A DNA stretch of 64,000 nt, taken from NCBI GenBank assembly GCA_964383935.1, contig CAYLIE010000001.1:11073-75072 (forward strand). Reading direction: 5' to 3'. Numbering within the stretch: position 1 is the stretch's first letter; each line of letters starts with the position of its first letter. Shown here piece after piece: positions 49,804 through 59,261 of the stretch. The notes under the pieces are model-generated. The model saw only the letters and a list, made by a program, of their open reading frames with translations. It was not told the DNA's origin and did not search any database. The position numbers and the translations under genes were made by a program. Source of the DNA: an uncultured Anaerolineales bacterium. Its GTDB lineage: Bacteria; Chloroflexota; Anaerolineae; UBA7937.

Positions 49804-49957
49804 AGCCAGCGTCGTTACCTCTGGCTAGGATAGATGTCAAATCACCCTGGTCTTCAATCTCGTGGCAGACGGCTACGCCAGGGCAAAAGAGCTGAACCTT
49901 CTCCCGCTGCCCGATCTGCTTGGGTTCCCGCCGGAATAATACGCTCAACAAAAATGA

Positions 49958-49974
49958 GCGGCCTCTTCGGCCGC
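49958..49974 (-). terminator. hairpin with U-tract on the minus strand downstream of the recombinase gene
   Basis: GCGGCC-tcttc-GGCCGC. On the minus strand it is followed by TCATTTTTGTTG. Confidence 0.4.
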
Positions 49975-50065
49975 CCATCTCACGTTGCCACCCACTCTAG
50001 AAGCTTCGGGGCGTGGCACTTATGCCCCCGACTGGAGATGAGGGCGTAGATAACCGCAATGTCGT

Positions 50066-51628
50066 CTAGTCGCATTTTATCTCGAATTTCTCCGCATTTT
50101 CTTTCAATATCCCGATTTCTCGGAAAAGCGGCATAAAAGCGAGCTTGGGTCTGAGGGCGACTAGCCTCTTTTGGACCGGATCGCAATAGACCGCCTCAAA
50201 GAGAGCAGAGAGAATCTCGCTCCTCTCTTTTTTGGTCGCACTTTGCCAGGCCATCCTCATTGTCTTCAATTGATCCGCCGTGATGTCAATCTTGGCTCTC
50301 GGGGGCGGATTCAAGTTAGCTAGGGCCGCTTCGACTTCCGCCTTGCCTCGCCGGAATTGCTCTTCGTCTATCAGAACTTCCAAATAGAGGCTCTTAAGCC
50401 TCTTCAGTTTCTCCTCTAGCCTCGCTCGTTCTTGCTCTACGTTCGTTGTCTGCTCCCTTGCATTGACCAATTCCTCTATGCGAGTTTGCCAGTCAGGGGG
50501 CAGTTCAAGTCTAGTGATAATCTGCCCGATTTGCTCCTCAAGTCCTGATTCGTGAACCCGCCATCGGGGAGCGGTACAAGGGATTTGCTTGAAGTATGAC
50601 ATACAACGGTAGAAACTGACCCCGCTGCGGCTAGTCTCGCCCGTCATAGCCTTACCGCAGCCCTCGCAGATAAGCATCCCCCGGAAGAGATAGGTGCGAA
50701 ACTTAGGAGTGAAAGTTCGTGCCCTCCTCCGGTTGCGAATGCGAATCTCCTGGCACCTGTCCCACGACTCTTGAGAGACAATGGCCTGTTGCTTGCCTGG
50801 GAACCTCTGGCCCTTGTGGGTTACGTAGCCGAGATAGATTGGGCTCGTGATGGCTTTCTTTACGGTATCTCCTATCCAGAGTCTTCTACCCCAGCGAGTA
50901 TTCATCTGATAGCCCAAACGAGTCAATTCACGCGCCACACTGTTGTAGGAATACTGCCCTGTGGCGTAGAGTTCAAAAAGCTTTATCACCCCTTCACTGT
51001 CCACAGGATGCACAATCGGAATCCGCCCATCTCCTTGATCTTCGTGGCCCAAGTTGGGGCAAAGATGGTCTCCGCAGTTCGAGCACAGGCCAAGGCAATA
51101 TCCGGTTGCTAGATTGCCGAGCCACAACCCTTCCCTGGCTCGTTGGCTGAGCCCCTTCTTGATCTCCTGGCCCAAGTTCTCCGAATACCATTGGGCTAGG
51201 GCTGCAAGAATGTGCATTTGCAGTCGGCCCTCGGGCCGGGTGTAGTCGAAACGCTCTTGGATCGACACAAAGCCGATACCGTGGTCCGCCAACTGCCCCA
51301 GGTAGGTGATCGTATCTCGGAGGCTGCGGCTGAAACGATCCAACTTGTGGATTACCAAGACATCAAAAAGGCCAGCCTCTGCGTCCTTCATCATCTGCTC
51401 GAACTGTGGACGCCGAGCTGACCTTCCTGAGAAGCCAGGGTCAAGGTATTCGGAGACTACTTGCCAGCCTTCGGACTCGCAATACTCCCGGCAGCGCCCT
51501 ATTTGGGCGTCAAGTGAATAGCCCTCGGTCTGCTCTTCAGTTGATACACGCGCGTAAAGAACAGCCCTCACGATTGCACCCCAGGCTATTCTACCCGGAA
51601 GGTTGCACCTTGTCAACCCCTTGGTCAA
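50066..51628 (-). CDS. large serine recombinase (resolvase/invertase N-domain + recombinase + zinc-ribbon)
   Basis: VLYARVSTEEQ (catalytic Ser), DRFSRS, LGYQMNTRWGRRLW recombinase domain and a CEGCGK zinc ribbon. TTG start at 51628 or GTG at 51571. Confidence 0.85.
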   Translation of the reverse strand: MTKGLTRCNLPGRIAWGAIVRAVLYARVSTEEQTEGYSLDAQIGRCREYCESEGWQVVSEYLDPGFSGRSARRPQFEQMMKDAEAGLFDVLVIHKLDRFSRSLRDTITYLGQLADHGIGFVSIQERFDYTRPEGRLQMHILAALAQWYSENLGQEIKKGLSQRAREGLWLGNLATGYCLGLCSNCGDHLCPNLGHEDQGDGRIPIVHPVDSEGVIKLFELYATGQYSYNSVARELTRLGYQMNTRWGRRLWIGDTVKKAITSPIYLGYVTHKGQRFPGKQQAIVSQESWDRCQEIRIRNRRRARTFTPKFRTYLFRGMLICEGCGKAMTGETSRSGVSFYRCMSYFKQIPCTAPRWRVHESGLEEQIGQIITRLELPPDWQTRIEELVNAREQTTNVEQERARLEEKLKRLKSLYLEVLIDEEQFRRGKAEVEAALANLNPPPRAKIDITADQLKTMRMAWQSATKKERSEILSALFEAVYCDPVQKRLVALRPKLAFMPLFREIGILKENAEKFEIKCD

Positions 51629-52698
51629 GCACCCTTCGAAGGATTGTCGCTATCAACCTGCAAAGTTGCTCAACTTCCGCCGACATGATCCCGCCTCAAA
51701 GCCAAGCCGTCACCAGCGACGCCACACCAGGGAACCCGAAGTTCCCTGTACCTCCAACGGGGGTACCTCGATTCCATCGCCTTCTTCTACTCTGCCGTTT
51801 TCTCCCTTTAGGCGGAAGCCCGGCCTCGTCTCTCACATCTCACCTCAGCCGTGACTAGGCTACTTGAACCATCCGTATGCAGCGCACACTTCCGCTTCCG
51901 AATCATCTCGCTATGTCAGAACGCATCAATGCCACTCACTGGCACCAAGTCAGCAGTCTCTTCCTCAGGCCACGGTTGTCCTTCCTGTCGGCCTTCTTGC
52001 GGAAAATGAGGTCCCGGGCCGCATCTTTTCCGCTCAATAGACCTCGGCACCCTCCAGGCAGGTGCAACGCCTCATTGTCTCAACAAGCCTCCTAATCCAC
52101 GCGGCAAACTACAAGAGGGCCATACGGCTGATTGGAGGTTTTCTCGCACTCAGGACGAGGATCACCCTTCTCTCTTCTTAGAGCTCTCCGAATGTCAAGT
52201 CTCTTCCTGTTGTGCCTGATCCTACAGCTCATCCTGCATCTGGTTCGAACCGAGAAATTTACGTCGTAAAACTGGGACATCCGCCCGTACGTCAACTTTT
52301 GGATGAGCAGCCGACTGAGAAGGTACTGCCCCGGGACCGCCTCGAGCGCGGGCCGATGCTACGTCAGCGCTATGGGCTGGTCGGCCGCGCGCTCCCGTCA
52401 ACCTCGCCGACCCCCCGGCTCTTGGTCTTCTATGTTCATCTTCTTCCACAGATTGACCGATGAGTAACGCTTTCAAGGGCGACACCCTTTCCCCTGCGTC
52501 TCTTCCGATGTCACGAGCGACCTGGTGCGATACTTCTCGCACCAGGGTGGCCATCGTAGTTCCTCTCCGGAAACGCCCGTTCGCTGTCAAACAAAAAACC
52601 TCGCCATTTCGGCGAGGCAACGGATCAGCGCATCCTCTAGGGCCAGCCTTGCTGGGGAGCCAAAGCGGGCCCGCCTCCGGGGGATTTTCGTACGACCG

Positions 52699-53150
52699 TC
52701 AACGTTTCTTCTCTGGAACTGCGCCTTTGTTGACGATGTCGGCATGATGAGTTGGCGCTCCAATGATTTTGTGGTCCACCTTGGTCATAATGATAGATTT
52801 CTTGCCAAGGACACGCTCTCGCATCGGGCCTACATGAAGATCTCGGTCACCTGAAAGTGATCGGCCATCTCCGCGAGGTCCATCCGTTGAGCGAAGCACG
52901 CCCTGGAACAGGTCTCGGGACATGGCCACTTCGGCCAGCTGGAACACCAGCCGCCGGGCGTGGCGCACCAGGCGACCCCCAACCTTGATCAATTTCACCT
53001 GCACGCTGCGGAGCGACCAGTCCCTTACGGCCCGAGGAAGCCCCACCCGCCGGAGGAAGTTGCCCAGGTTGTACCCCAGGATGAACAGGGCCAGCCGCGC
53101 TTGGTTGGCCAGATATCGGTGGCACGACAGCCCAGTCCACTTGAGGGCCT
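52699..53150 (-). mobile_element. DDE transposase C-terminal remnant (IS4/IS1380-like), N-terminally truncated
   Basis: Continuous minus-strand frame ALKWTGLSCHRYLANQARLALFILGYNLGNFLRRVGLPRAVRDWSLRSVQVKLIKVGGRLVRHARRLVFQLAEVAMSRDLF, the conserved C-terminal helix region of DDE_Tnp_1-type transposases. Stop codon immediately upstream, no catalytic domain. Confidence 0.6.
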
Positions 53151-53572
53151 ACTTTGCTTTCACTGACGTACACAAACACCTTTGTCCGACGCAGTTGGGC
53201 CTCTCTTGAGGAGCGATGCCTCGGGAAAGTGTTCTCTCTATTGAGTTATGGGTAGACCTTTCGGTCGCGTATTCAGCCTATAAGCAGTTTGCTCCTGGCT
53301 GTTCGGCCCTTGACAGTTACTCAGGGGAGCTGAGCTCATTCAGCCTTCTCCGGCTTACCTTGAGCTTCTGTCTCGGATCGTCGCCTCCTTGGTAAACTAG
53401 TCGATAGTGATCGATCCTTAGGATTCCATCGGGAGCTGAGCTCTACCGACCATTTATCTGGCGGACCGATGAGAACCCTCAGAAGGGAAACAATCTGTTG
53501 GGCCATCCCTCCTGTTATGCGGCTTTTCCGGGGAGCCGCACAGAAACCCATTCACATAGACTAACAATAGTA

Positions 53573-53588
53573 TAGCACAGGTGTGCTA
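53573..53588. repeat. 16-bp perfect palindrome TAGCACAGGTGTGCTA
   Basis: TAGCACA-gg-TGTGCTA in the non-coding stretch between the transposase remnant and the tandem repeats. Confidence 0.4.
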
Positions 53589-53689
53589 ATCTGTCAAGGG
53601 GTTCAGTGAAAAAGACAGCCCGATTGATACCCGTAGGCAAGTCCGATCGGGGCTAGCGAGCTCTTGCGCATCGCGGTGAAGCGAGCACA

Positions 53690-53850
53690 GAGGGAGACAC
53701 GAACAAGAGATTTACGGCGTAAATTTCTTTGGTCCTGCTGCCTACCGGCCAGAGAGAGAGTGACGAGTTTTACGCCGTAAATCTCTCGGGGGCTCCTATT
53801 CGCCGTTGAGGGAGACACTGTGATAGGTTTTACGCCGTGAATCTTACATG
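53690..53850. repeat. three tandem roughly 58-60-bp imperfect direct repeats, each carrying a 13-15-bp palindrome TTTACG(G/C)CGTAAA
   Basis: Unit 1 agggagacacgaacaagagATTTACGGCGTAAATttc (palindrome 53710-24). Unit 2 ...gagTTTTACGCCGTAAATctc (53769-81). Unit 3 agggagacactgtgataggTTTTACGCCGTGAATctt (53829-41). Confidence 0.6.
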
Positions 53851-53940
53851 GCGCTTCGGAGAGTCTGCAAAGAAGGATAGCCGCCTTGCAGAAGATACAT
53901 GCTGGTCGGCTTCGGTAGGGCTGACAGTTATAGTATCTAA

Positions 53941-54144
53941 CTACCACTCACACTCACCACACGCCTCTTTTCCTTCACTGACAACCGTCCCGTCACCTAG
54001 TGATGCTCTCCCTCCTGCATCGACCCAAGTATCCAGCATCAGATTCTGGAACTCCACTCCATTGTAAGGCCTATGATGATCTTCTCCTCGTAAGATGCAT
54101 CGATCATGGATATGGATATCCATCTTCCTTATCAATCTCACCAT
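53941..54144 (-). CDS. small hypothetical protein (67 aa) downstream of small peptide C1
   Basis: Strong RBS AAGGAGGAA-ATG. MVRLIRKMDIHIHDRCILRGEDHH.... The 137-aa track ORF is more likely two genes. Confidence 0.35.
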   Translation of the reverse strand: MVRLIRKMDIHIHDRCILRGEDHHRPYNGVEFQNLMLDTWVDAGGRASLGDGTVVSEGKEACGECEW

Positions 54145-54215
54145 TTCCTCCTTTCTTGTGGTCTTCCCTTGGTAGTCATGTACATTGCTTTGTGAGACTC
54201 CAAGGCACGACTCTC

Positions 54216-54317
54216 CTACGGGCCGTCTTTCTTCCGCTTCTTCCCAAAACTCAGGGCTAGAGCCATAAGGATGATGGCAACCACCATGCCGAGCAACAGG
54301 CCGGGGATAGTTGGAAT
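54216..54317 (-). CDS. small hydrophobic peptide with basic C-terminal tail (paralogue C1; type I toxin-like)
   Basis: Frame gives (I)PTIPGLLLGMVVAIILMALALSFGKKRKKDGP*. Synonymous changes relative to C2 at 58127-58216. AAGGAGGTG RBS 9 nt upstream of an ATT codon. Canonical ATG (MVVAIIL...) 10 codons in. Confidence 0.45.
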   Translation of the reverse strand: MPTIPGLLLGMVVAIILMALALSFGKKRKKDGP

Positions 54318-54970
54318 AGATCACCACCTCCTTACTACTTTTCGACTTTAGCAAAAGCGTGTCCGGCGGTCAAGGGTCAGTCTCAGACGGTTCGTCATTG
54401 TGGGGCCTGAAGGCGGCGGTGCACCGCGCCCACCCCCACGGGCCGGAGCCGAAGTCCCCGCTGGAAACCCGCTCCCGAGACAGAGGGCTACTTAGTAGAT
54501 CAATCTTCTCTTATAGGAGGATGAGCGGCGGCTTTGGCAAGCCTAGCAGAGGTCGAAAACAGCTTGCCGACAGCCGACTCGGAGCGGGCGGACTTTCGGC
54601 TCTGATGAGAGGAGGCCTCTCGCAGGGGGCGAGAAGGCGTCCATATCCCCCACCGCCGTCAACTTTTCGATGTCAAAGAGAGCGGATTTCGAAGGATATA
54701 TCCCAAGAGGGATTTATCCCCCCCGGTTTTCGGGGCTCTCCGGGCTTCTAGGAGGCCGACCGTGCTCAGGAAAGCACCCCGAGCTTGCTTAGGGTTCACT
54801 TGCCCCTGCGCTTCGCTCACGGGGTGCTGAAAACAACCCTCCGGCCTTCGGCGGGCAACTCCCCCTTCCCAGGCGGAGATGACGGGCTGTTCTCTCCTTC
54901 GCGCGCTTCTACCATTTGACTCCAATTCTAACTATGCTACAATACATGCAAAGCTATGGAGGGAAGGCGA

Positions 54971-56770
54971 ATGCACATCACCCACTTCAGGGCTAAGCAC
55001 TTTCGCTGCCTCTATGATACGGACTGGATAGCAATCCACGATTTGACCGTTCTGATCGGTGAGAACGATGGAGGCAAGACGGCAACGATTGATGCCCTTG
55101 AGATTCTGCTCACCATTAAGCCCCCCGACACAGAAGATTTTTCTTTCGTGCCAGGGAGCCAGGAGCAGCACGAACAGGAAATGGTTTTGGAGGCAAAATT
55201 CACCCTTGAGTCGAACGACGTTTCTGCGTTGCAGGAGTTCTGCAGGTACAGTAGCGAGCAGCTAATCATTCGTCGGGATTTCTCCCCGGATTCTGCTGGG
55301 CCATGGACATATAGAACGATGGTTCACGCTGATGAAAGGCTGTCTGCAGATCTGGCCGCCTATACCGTAGCTACACTCCGTGAGATAGCGGAGGAACACG
55401 GGATAGACGTCCCCTTGAGTCCAAAGGCCGACATCGTCGATGCTATCGAGACATGGCTCGCCACTCAGCCGTTGTTTGAGGGATACCGAGAGTTGCCGCG
55501 TGCCGCTCGCGACCTGCTTCCCCAGGTTCAAGTGTTCAGGTCAGCACAGGCACTTGACCCGCAGAGAGAGGTAGACGCTGTTCTCCGAACTGTCTTCGTT
55601 GCCGAGATAGATGGTGAAACATATCGGGGTAAACTGGGTGACATATCCGCTCAAATTGAAGCTAGCCTCAACGAGCGTGTGTCCAGGTTAACACCCGTCG
55701 TTCAAAAATATCGTCCTGAGATCACGGAAGTACGCGTGGATCCTCGTTTCGACTATTCGCGCGGGCTAGCCACGTCGCGCCTCCAACTCATCGGACAGGA
55801 TGGCCACCCCATAAGCCTTGACAAACGCGGAGAAGGCATCAAGCGCCAAGTGACACTGGCTGTCTACGAGTGGAATTCGGAGCTTCTAGCCGCTCGTCCG
55901 GAGGAAGGTGCCCGCCCTCTCCTCCTGGCTTTCGACGAACCCGATAGTCATCTCGACTATTACTCTCAGCGCAAGATATTTGAGATTATACGGAGTCTCG
56001 TCAAACCGGGGATTCAGATAGTCGTCTGCACCCACTCGCTTAATCTCATAAACCGCGTCCCCCTAACCAACATAAATCATTACTGCTTGGACGATCACTA
56101 TTGCACGCGGGTGACCGCTTTGCAGAGCGATGATCCCGCCACGCTTGAGTATTTCGTCGACGACATAGGCAAGAATATGGGCTTGGAAAACAGCCTCATG
56201 TTTCACGAGCGTTGTTTTCTCGTTGTGGAGGGCCCAAGTGAAATGAACGCTTTACCCCCGCTCTTTCGCGTTTGGCACGAGGACGGGCTCAGTCTAACAT
56301 CTGCTGGTATCCGGTTGCTGAACGGTCAGAACAACGTTGGAGCGAGGAATTTCGCCAAGTTCCTTAACGACAATAATCGCAATGTCGTCTTCATGCTCGA
56401 TTCGGATTCTCGAACAGATCCCACAGGCCGCGTCTTCTCTGAGGAAAGCCTTCGTCGCGCAGGTTTTGATATCGATCGCCAGGTCTTCTTCGTCGGAGAT
56501 AGGGAGTTCGAGGATGCGTTCAGTGACACGCTTTGGGCCAGAGTCGGCAATACTAGATGGCCTCCAGAAGACGGGCGACCTTGGCAACCGGATGATTTTT
56601 CAGGCCGCAGGTCCCAAGACAAGAAATTCTCCGATGGCCTTTGCGCCGCATTCCGAGCGTCCAAGCCCAAAATAGCTTATGAACTTGCGAAGCGTGTAGC
56701 CGACCCCACTGAGATCCCCGCTCAAATCCAACGGTGTTTTAAGCACGCACTGGCGTTGGCGAATTCCTAG
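54971..56770 (+). CDS. OLD-family ATP-dependent endonuclease (N-terminal AAA_15/21 ATPase + C-terminal TOPRIM)
   Basis: RBS GGAGGGAAGG. MHITHFRAKHFRC...IHDLTVLIGENDGGKTATIDALEIL (Walker A), LLLAFDEPDSHLD (Walker B), TOPRIM CFLVVEGPSEMNALPPLF...VVFMLDSD. Confidence 0.75.
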   Translation: MHITHFRAKHFRCLYDTDWIAIHDLTVLIGENDGGKTATIDALEILLTIKPPDTEDFSFVPGSQEQHEQEMVLEAKFTLESNDVSALQEFCRYSSEQLIIRRDFSPDSAGPWTYRTMVHADERLSADLAAYTVATLREIAEEHGIDVPLSPKADIVDAIETWLATQPLFEGYRELPRAARDLLPQVQVFRSAQALDPQREVDAVLRTVFVAEIDGETYRGKLGDISAQIEASLNERVSRLTPVVQKYRPEITEVRVDPRFDYSRGLATSRLQLIGQDGHPISLDKRGEGIKRQVTLAVYEWNSELLAARPEEGARPLLLAFDEPDSHLDYYSQRKIFEIIRSLVKPGIQIVVCTHSLNLINRVPLTNINHYCLDDHYCTRVTALQSDDPATLEYFVDDIGKNMGLENSLMFHERCFLVVEGPSEMNALPPLFRVWHEDGLSLTSAGIRLLNGQNNVGARNFAKFLNDNNRNVVFMLDSDSRTDPTGRVFSEESLRRAGFDIDRQVFFVGDREFEDAFSDTLWARVGNTRWPPEDGRPWQPDDFSGRRSQDKKFSDGLCAAFRASKPKIAYELAKRVADPTEIPAQIQRCFKHALALANS

Positions 56771-56778
56771 GAGGGGCC

Positions 56779-57039
56779 ATGAACAGAAACGAAATCGTCG
56801 ACACCATAAGACGTGCCGGAAGAGAAAAAACAATTCTCTGGATACGAGCATACGAAGCCGATGGCTCAATCGAACCCAGAGAGGTTGAGCCCTATAGCTT
56901 TCGTCCATCAGGCACCACGGAGTGTTTCTTCTTTTACTGCCTGCTCCACAAGGGAACTCGTAACTTCCTGGTTGACAAGATCATTGAAGTGCGACTCACC
57001 GACAAGCGCTTTGAACTGCGCTGGCCCATAGAACTATAG
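56779..57039 (+). CDS. stand-alone WYL-domain protein coupled to the OLD nuclease gene
   Basis: ATG 8 nt after the OLD stop, with RBS overlapping the stop. EVEPYSFRPSGTTECFFFYCLLHKGTRNFLVDKIIEV matches the WYL ligand-sensing fold. Confidence 0.6.
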   Translation: MNRNEIVDTIRRAGREKTILWIRAYEADGSIEPREVEPYSFRPSGTTECFFFYCLLHKGTRNFLVDKIIEVRLTDKRFELRWPIEL

Positions 57040-57261
57040 ACGTTCATTCAGCTCGAATAGCCAGTCGGCCAAGAGACACGTTTCTTCGTCAAATGACACT
57101 TAGACGAACAAAAAGCCCGTGGGCCCGCGATCGCTTTCCGATCCTTTCAAACCTTCTCATCTTGCCAGAGCCAGTAAAACCAGGCCGGGTGAAGTGGACG
57201 GCTTCGCCTTTTAAGAATTGACCCTCTCGCTCTTTTCAAAGACTTTGCAGGAAATAAAAAC

Positions 57262-57286
57262 CGCACCCCGAAGGGTGCGTTCTGTT
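57262..57286. terminator. bidirectional rho-independent terminator between the OLD-WYL operon and the NYN gene
   Basis: AAATAAAAAC-CGCACCC-cgaa-GGGTGCG-TTCTGTT. The minus strand reads hairpin then GTTTTTATTT. Confidence 0.7.
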
Positions 57287-57345
57287 AAACCAATATATTT
57301 ATATCACAGCATGACATTTTTGTCAAGTTTTTCAAGTAGGATCAC

Positions 57346-57888
57346 TTATCTTCGTTGAACCGTTTGTTGTATATCCTCAAGGAATCGGTATTCTTGGCAG
57401 GCAAGCTTTAGCTCCCAAGAGAGGGTTTTGCGAGAAGAGAAAACCACCAGCGTTTTCCCCAAATCCCTCAGGCGCTTTCCAAGATCGGCAAAGTCACTGT
57501 CCCCCGAGAACAAAATGACGCAATCCAAATCCGCCCTCTCTAGAAGAATATCAGCGGTCATCTCCACATCGAAATTGGCCTTGTATACAAAGGTGTATCC
57601 ATACAACTTCCAATAGGGATGGTCCTTGTCAATGGCGATCTTTTTGAGAGGTTTAGTGATGGTGGTAAAGCCGATCTTATCCAAATACCGCAAATATTTG
57701 GGCATTTTGCGATCGCCCTTCTTTAGGCCGGTGTAGTAGCGAAACTCCAGCACGTCAAACTCTTGTTGAACAAGGGCTTTGACCTTCTCCCAGTCGATAC
57801 TCCAGCCCAGCTTGCGCTGGGTGTAGAACATGTTGGCGCCGTCAATATATACTTTTGCTCTGGGTTTTTCCCGAGAAAGATGGGCCAT
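57346..57888 (-). CDS. NYN-domain (LabA-like, PIN-fold) putative RNase
   Basis: KVYIDGANMFY...DCVILFSGDSDFADL NYN motifs. Leaderless arrangement, TGCTATAAT -10 ending 6 nt before ATG. Confidence 0.7.
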   Translation of the reverse strand: MAHLSREKPRAKVYIDGANMFYTQRKLGWSIDWEKVKALVQQEFDVLEFRYYTGLKKGDRKMPKYLRYLDKIGFTTITKPLKKIAIDKDHPYWKLYGYTFVYKANFDVEMTADILLERADLDCVILFSGDSDFADLGKRLRDLGKTLVVFSSRKTLSWELKLACQEYRFLEDIQQTVQRR

Positions 57889-58057
57889 GGGTCTATTATA
57901 GCACCCAGCCCCTTACTTCAACAAGTTGACTAGCGAGGAGCACCCCGGGGGTTCTAAGGCAGAAGTAGAAGCCCAAGCCAAAATTTCAAAATCAACCCAA
58001 CCGATCTGCCACTTGCCACCACGACGGCGCGCCTCTATAGAGACTTAACACCACGAT

Positions 58058-58082
58058 GGCATGCTTGTATATACAGCATGCC
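58058..58082. repeat. 25-bp near-perfect palindrome between small peptide C2 and the NYN promoter
   Basis: GGCATGCT-TGTATATACA-GCATGCC (one-base bulge). Confidence 0.45.
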
Positions 58083-58126
58083 ACAGACGGTCAAGCGCGC
58101 TCACGAAAGCCACCGGCCCCGCCCAT

Positions 58127-58216
58127 CTACTTTCGTTTCCTGCCGATAGACAGTGCCAGCCAGATCAGTATTGTGGAAAGCAGCATGCCCAGCAACAGTC
58201 CAGGGATAGTTGGAAT
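58127..58216 (-). CDS. small hydrophobic peptide with basic tail (paralogue C2)
   Basis: (I)PTIPGLLLGMLLSTILIWLALSIGRKRK*. GGAAGGAAG RBS 9 nt upstream of ATT. First 10 codons identical to C1 at protein level with synonymous nucleotide changes. Confidence 0.45.
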   Translation of the reverse strand: MPTIPGLLLGMLLSTILIWLALSIGRKRK

Positions 58217-58383
58217 GAATCATCACTTCCTTCCTCTCTCATCGTAGCATAGAGAAAACGGGCCGATCAATATGAAGAGGTGTTCGCAACTAGGGCAGGA
58301 AAGTCAGGGATGGGACCACCGGAGGAGACCACCTCGGCCCACTGCGAATTGATCATTGACAGGGGTATCCTCAATTTGCTACT

Positions 58384-59166
58384 GTGAGAATGGAGGGGAT
58401 GCCCGGAGCTATCCATTGGGCTTCTGGAGGGCGCACCAGCCATGCAATGTGCCACAACCAGCCGCCCGGGGAAGCCGAATCTGTTCTCATGAAGGAAAAG
58501 CAACCCGTTCACCACACATCTGACGAACACGCTGTGTCATCGGAGCAGAGGAAAGAATATCCCCTCGGCAGAAGCATCGTTAGACGGCTCAAGAAAACAC
58601 TCAACGAAGAGTGGGACTCTTGGCTGGTGGAGGAAGACGAGGATACCTTCAAGACCCTCTACCTGACAGAGCGACGGGTGTGCATCCCCGAACATCTGCT
58701 TAGCGGCGAGATCATGGAGGACATCATGAGTCTTTTCTACTACCCCCTCTCCACCGTCAGGGAGGAGCTCAAGGAGCGCACAGAGGCAAAGGAGTTCATC
58801 TCTATCTTTGTCCAACCCTCATACACGGACACCTCTTTTGCCGTGATGGTGGCCGGAGAAAAAGCTCTGTTGACCGTCTCTGACAAGGCGTGGAACTTCT
58901 ACTGGGATAGTGAAGAGGAGATGGTGAAGGAGCTGGAGAGTTGGTATCAGATTGCTGAAGCCAGGCTCAAGGGCGGACCCAGGCTCTTCGGCGGTGATGC
59001 CTGGGCACTTGAGACCCTGCTACGGCAGGTGAGGGAAGAGGACATTCCCAGGCTGCAAGAGGAAAGCCGCTGGCGGGCTGACGAACTCCGCAGAGCCCTT
59101 GATCTTCTCTCCCGCTTGCTTGAAGAGCCACGGGATAGAGAAGAATCGCTCCAGGACCTCAGCTAG
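58384..59166 (+). CDS. hypothetical protein (acidic, helical)
   Basis: 260-aa ORF in the island. Start uncertain (internal ATGs at 58443 and 58492). No family recognised. Confidence 0.4.
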   Translation: MRMEGMPGAIHWASGGRTSHAMCHNQPPGEAESVLMKEKQPVHHTSDEHAVSSEQRKEYPLGRSIVRRLKKTLNEEWDSWLVEEDEDTFKTLYLTERRVCIPEHLLSGEIMEDIMSLFYYPLSTVREELKERTEAKEFISIFVQPSYTDTSFAVMVAGEKALLTVSDKAWNFYWDSEEEMVKELESWYQIAEARLKGGPRLFGGDAWALETLLRQVREEDIPRLQEESRWRADELRRALDLLSRLLEEPRDREESLQDLS

Positions 59167-59261
59167 GGGAGAGCAGGGAACAGAGGAGACCCCAGGCTCC
59201 CAGGAACTTGTTCCTTTGCAGGGCGAGAAAGGCCGCGAGCTACTTATACTATTATATATAT

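Noticed and set aside
52236-52256. GGTTCGAACC looked like a tRNA T-arm
   Set aside because: It is a 10-bp palindrome with no loop and no flanking acceptor or anticodon arm structure. No tRNA was identified anywhere in the window by eye.
53690-53850. Tandem repeats considered as a CRISPR array or integron attC sites
   Set aside because: Only three units. Repeats are imperfect and about 60 bp with no regular short spacers. No cas genes. The nearby recombinase is a serine recombinase, not an integron tyrosine integrase.
53941-54354. 137-aa ORF from the six-frame track
   Set aside because: Comparison with the paralogous copy at 58127-58216 shows protein-level conservation in a different frame (small peptide). 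More likely two genes (peptide C1 plus a 67-aa ORF with its own strong RBS) than one 137-aa protein.
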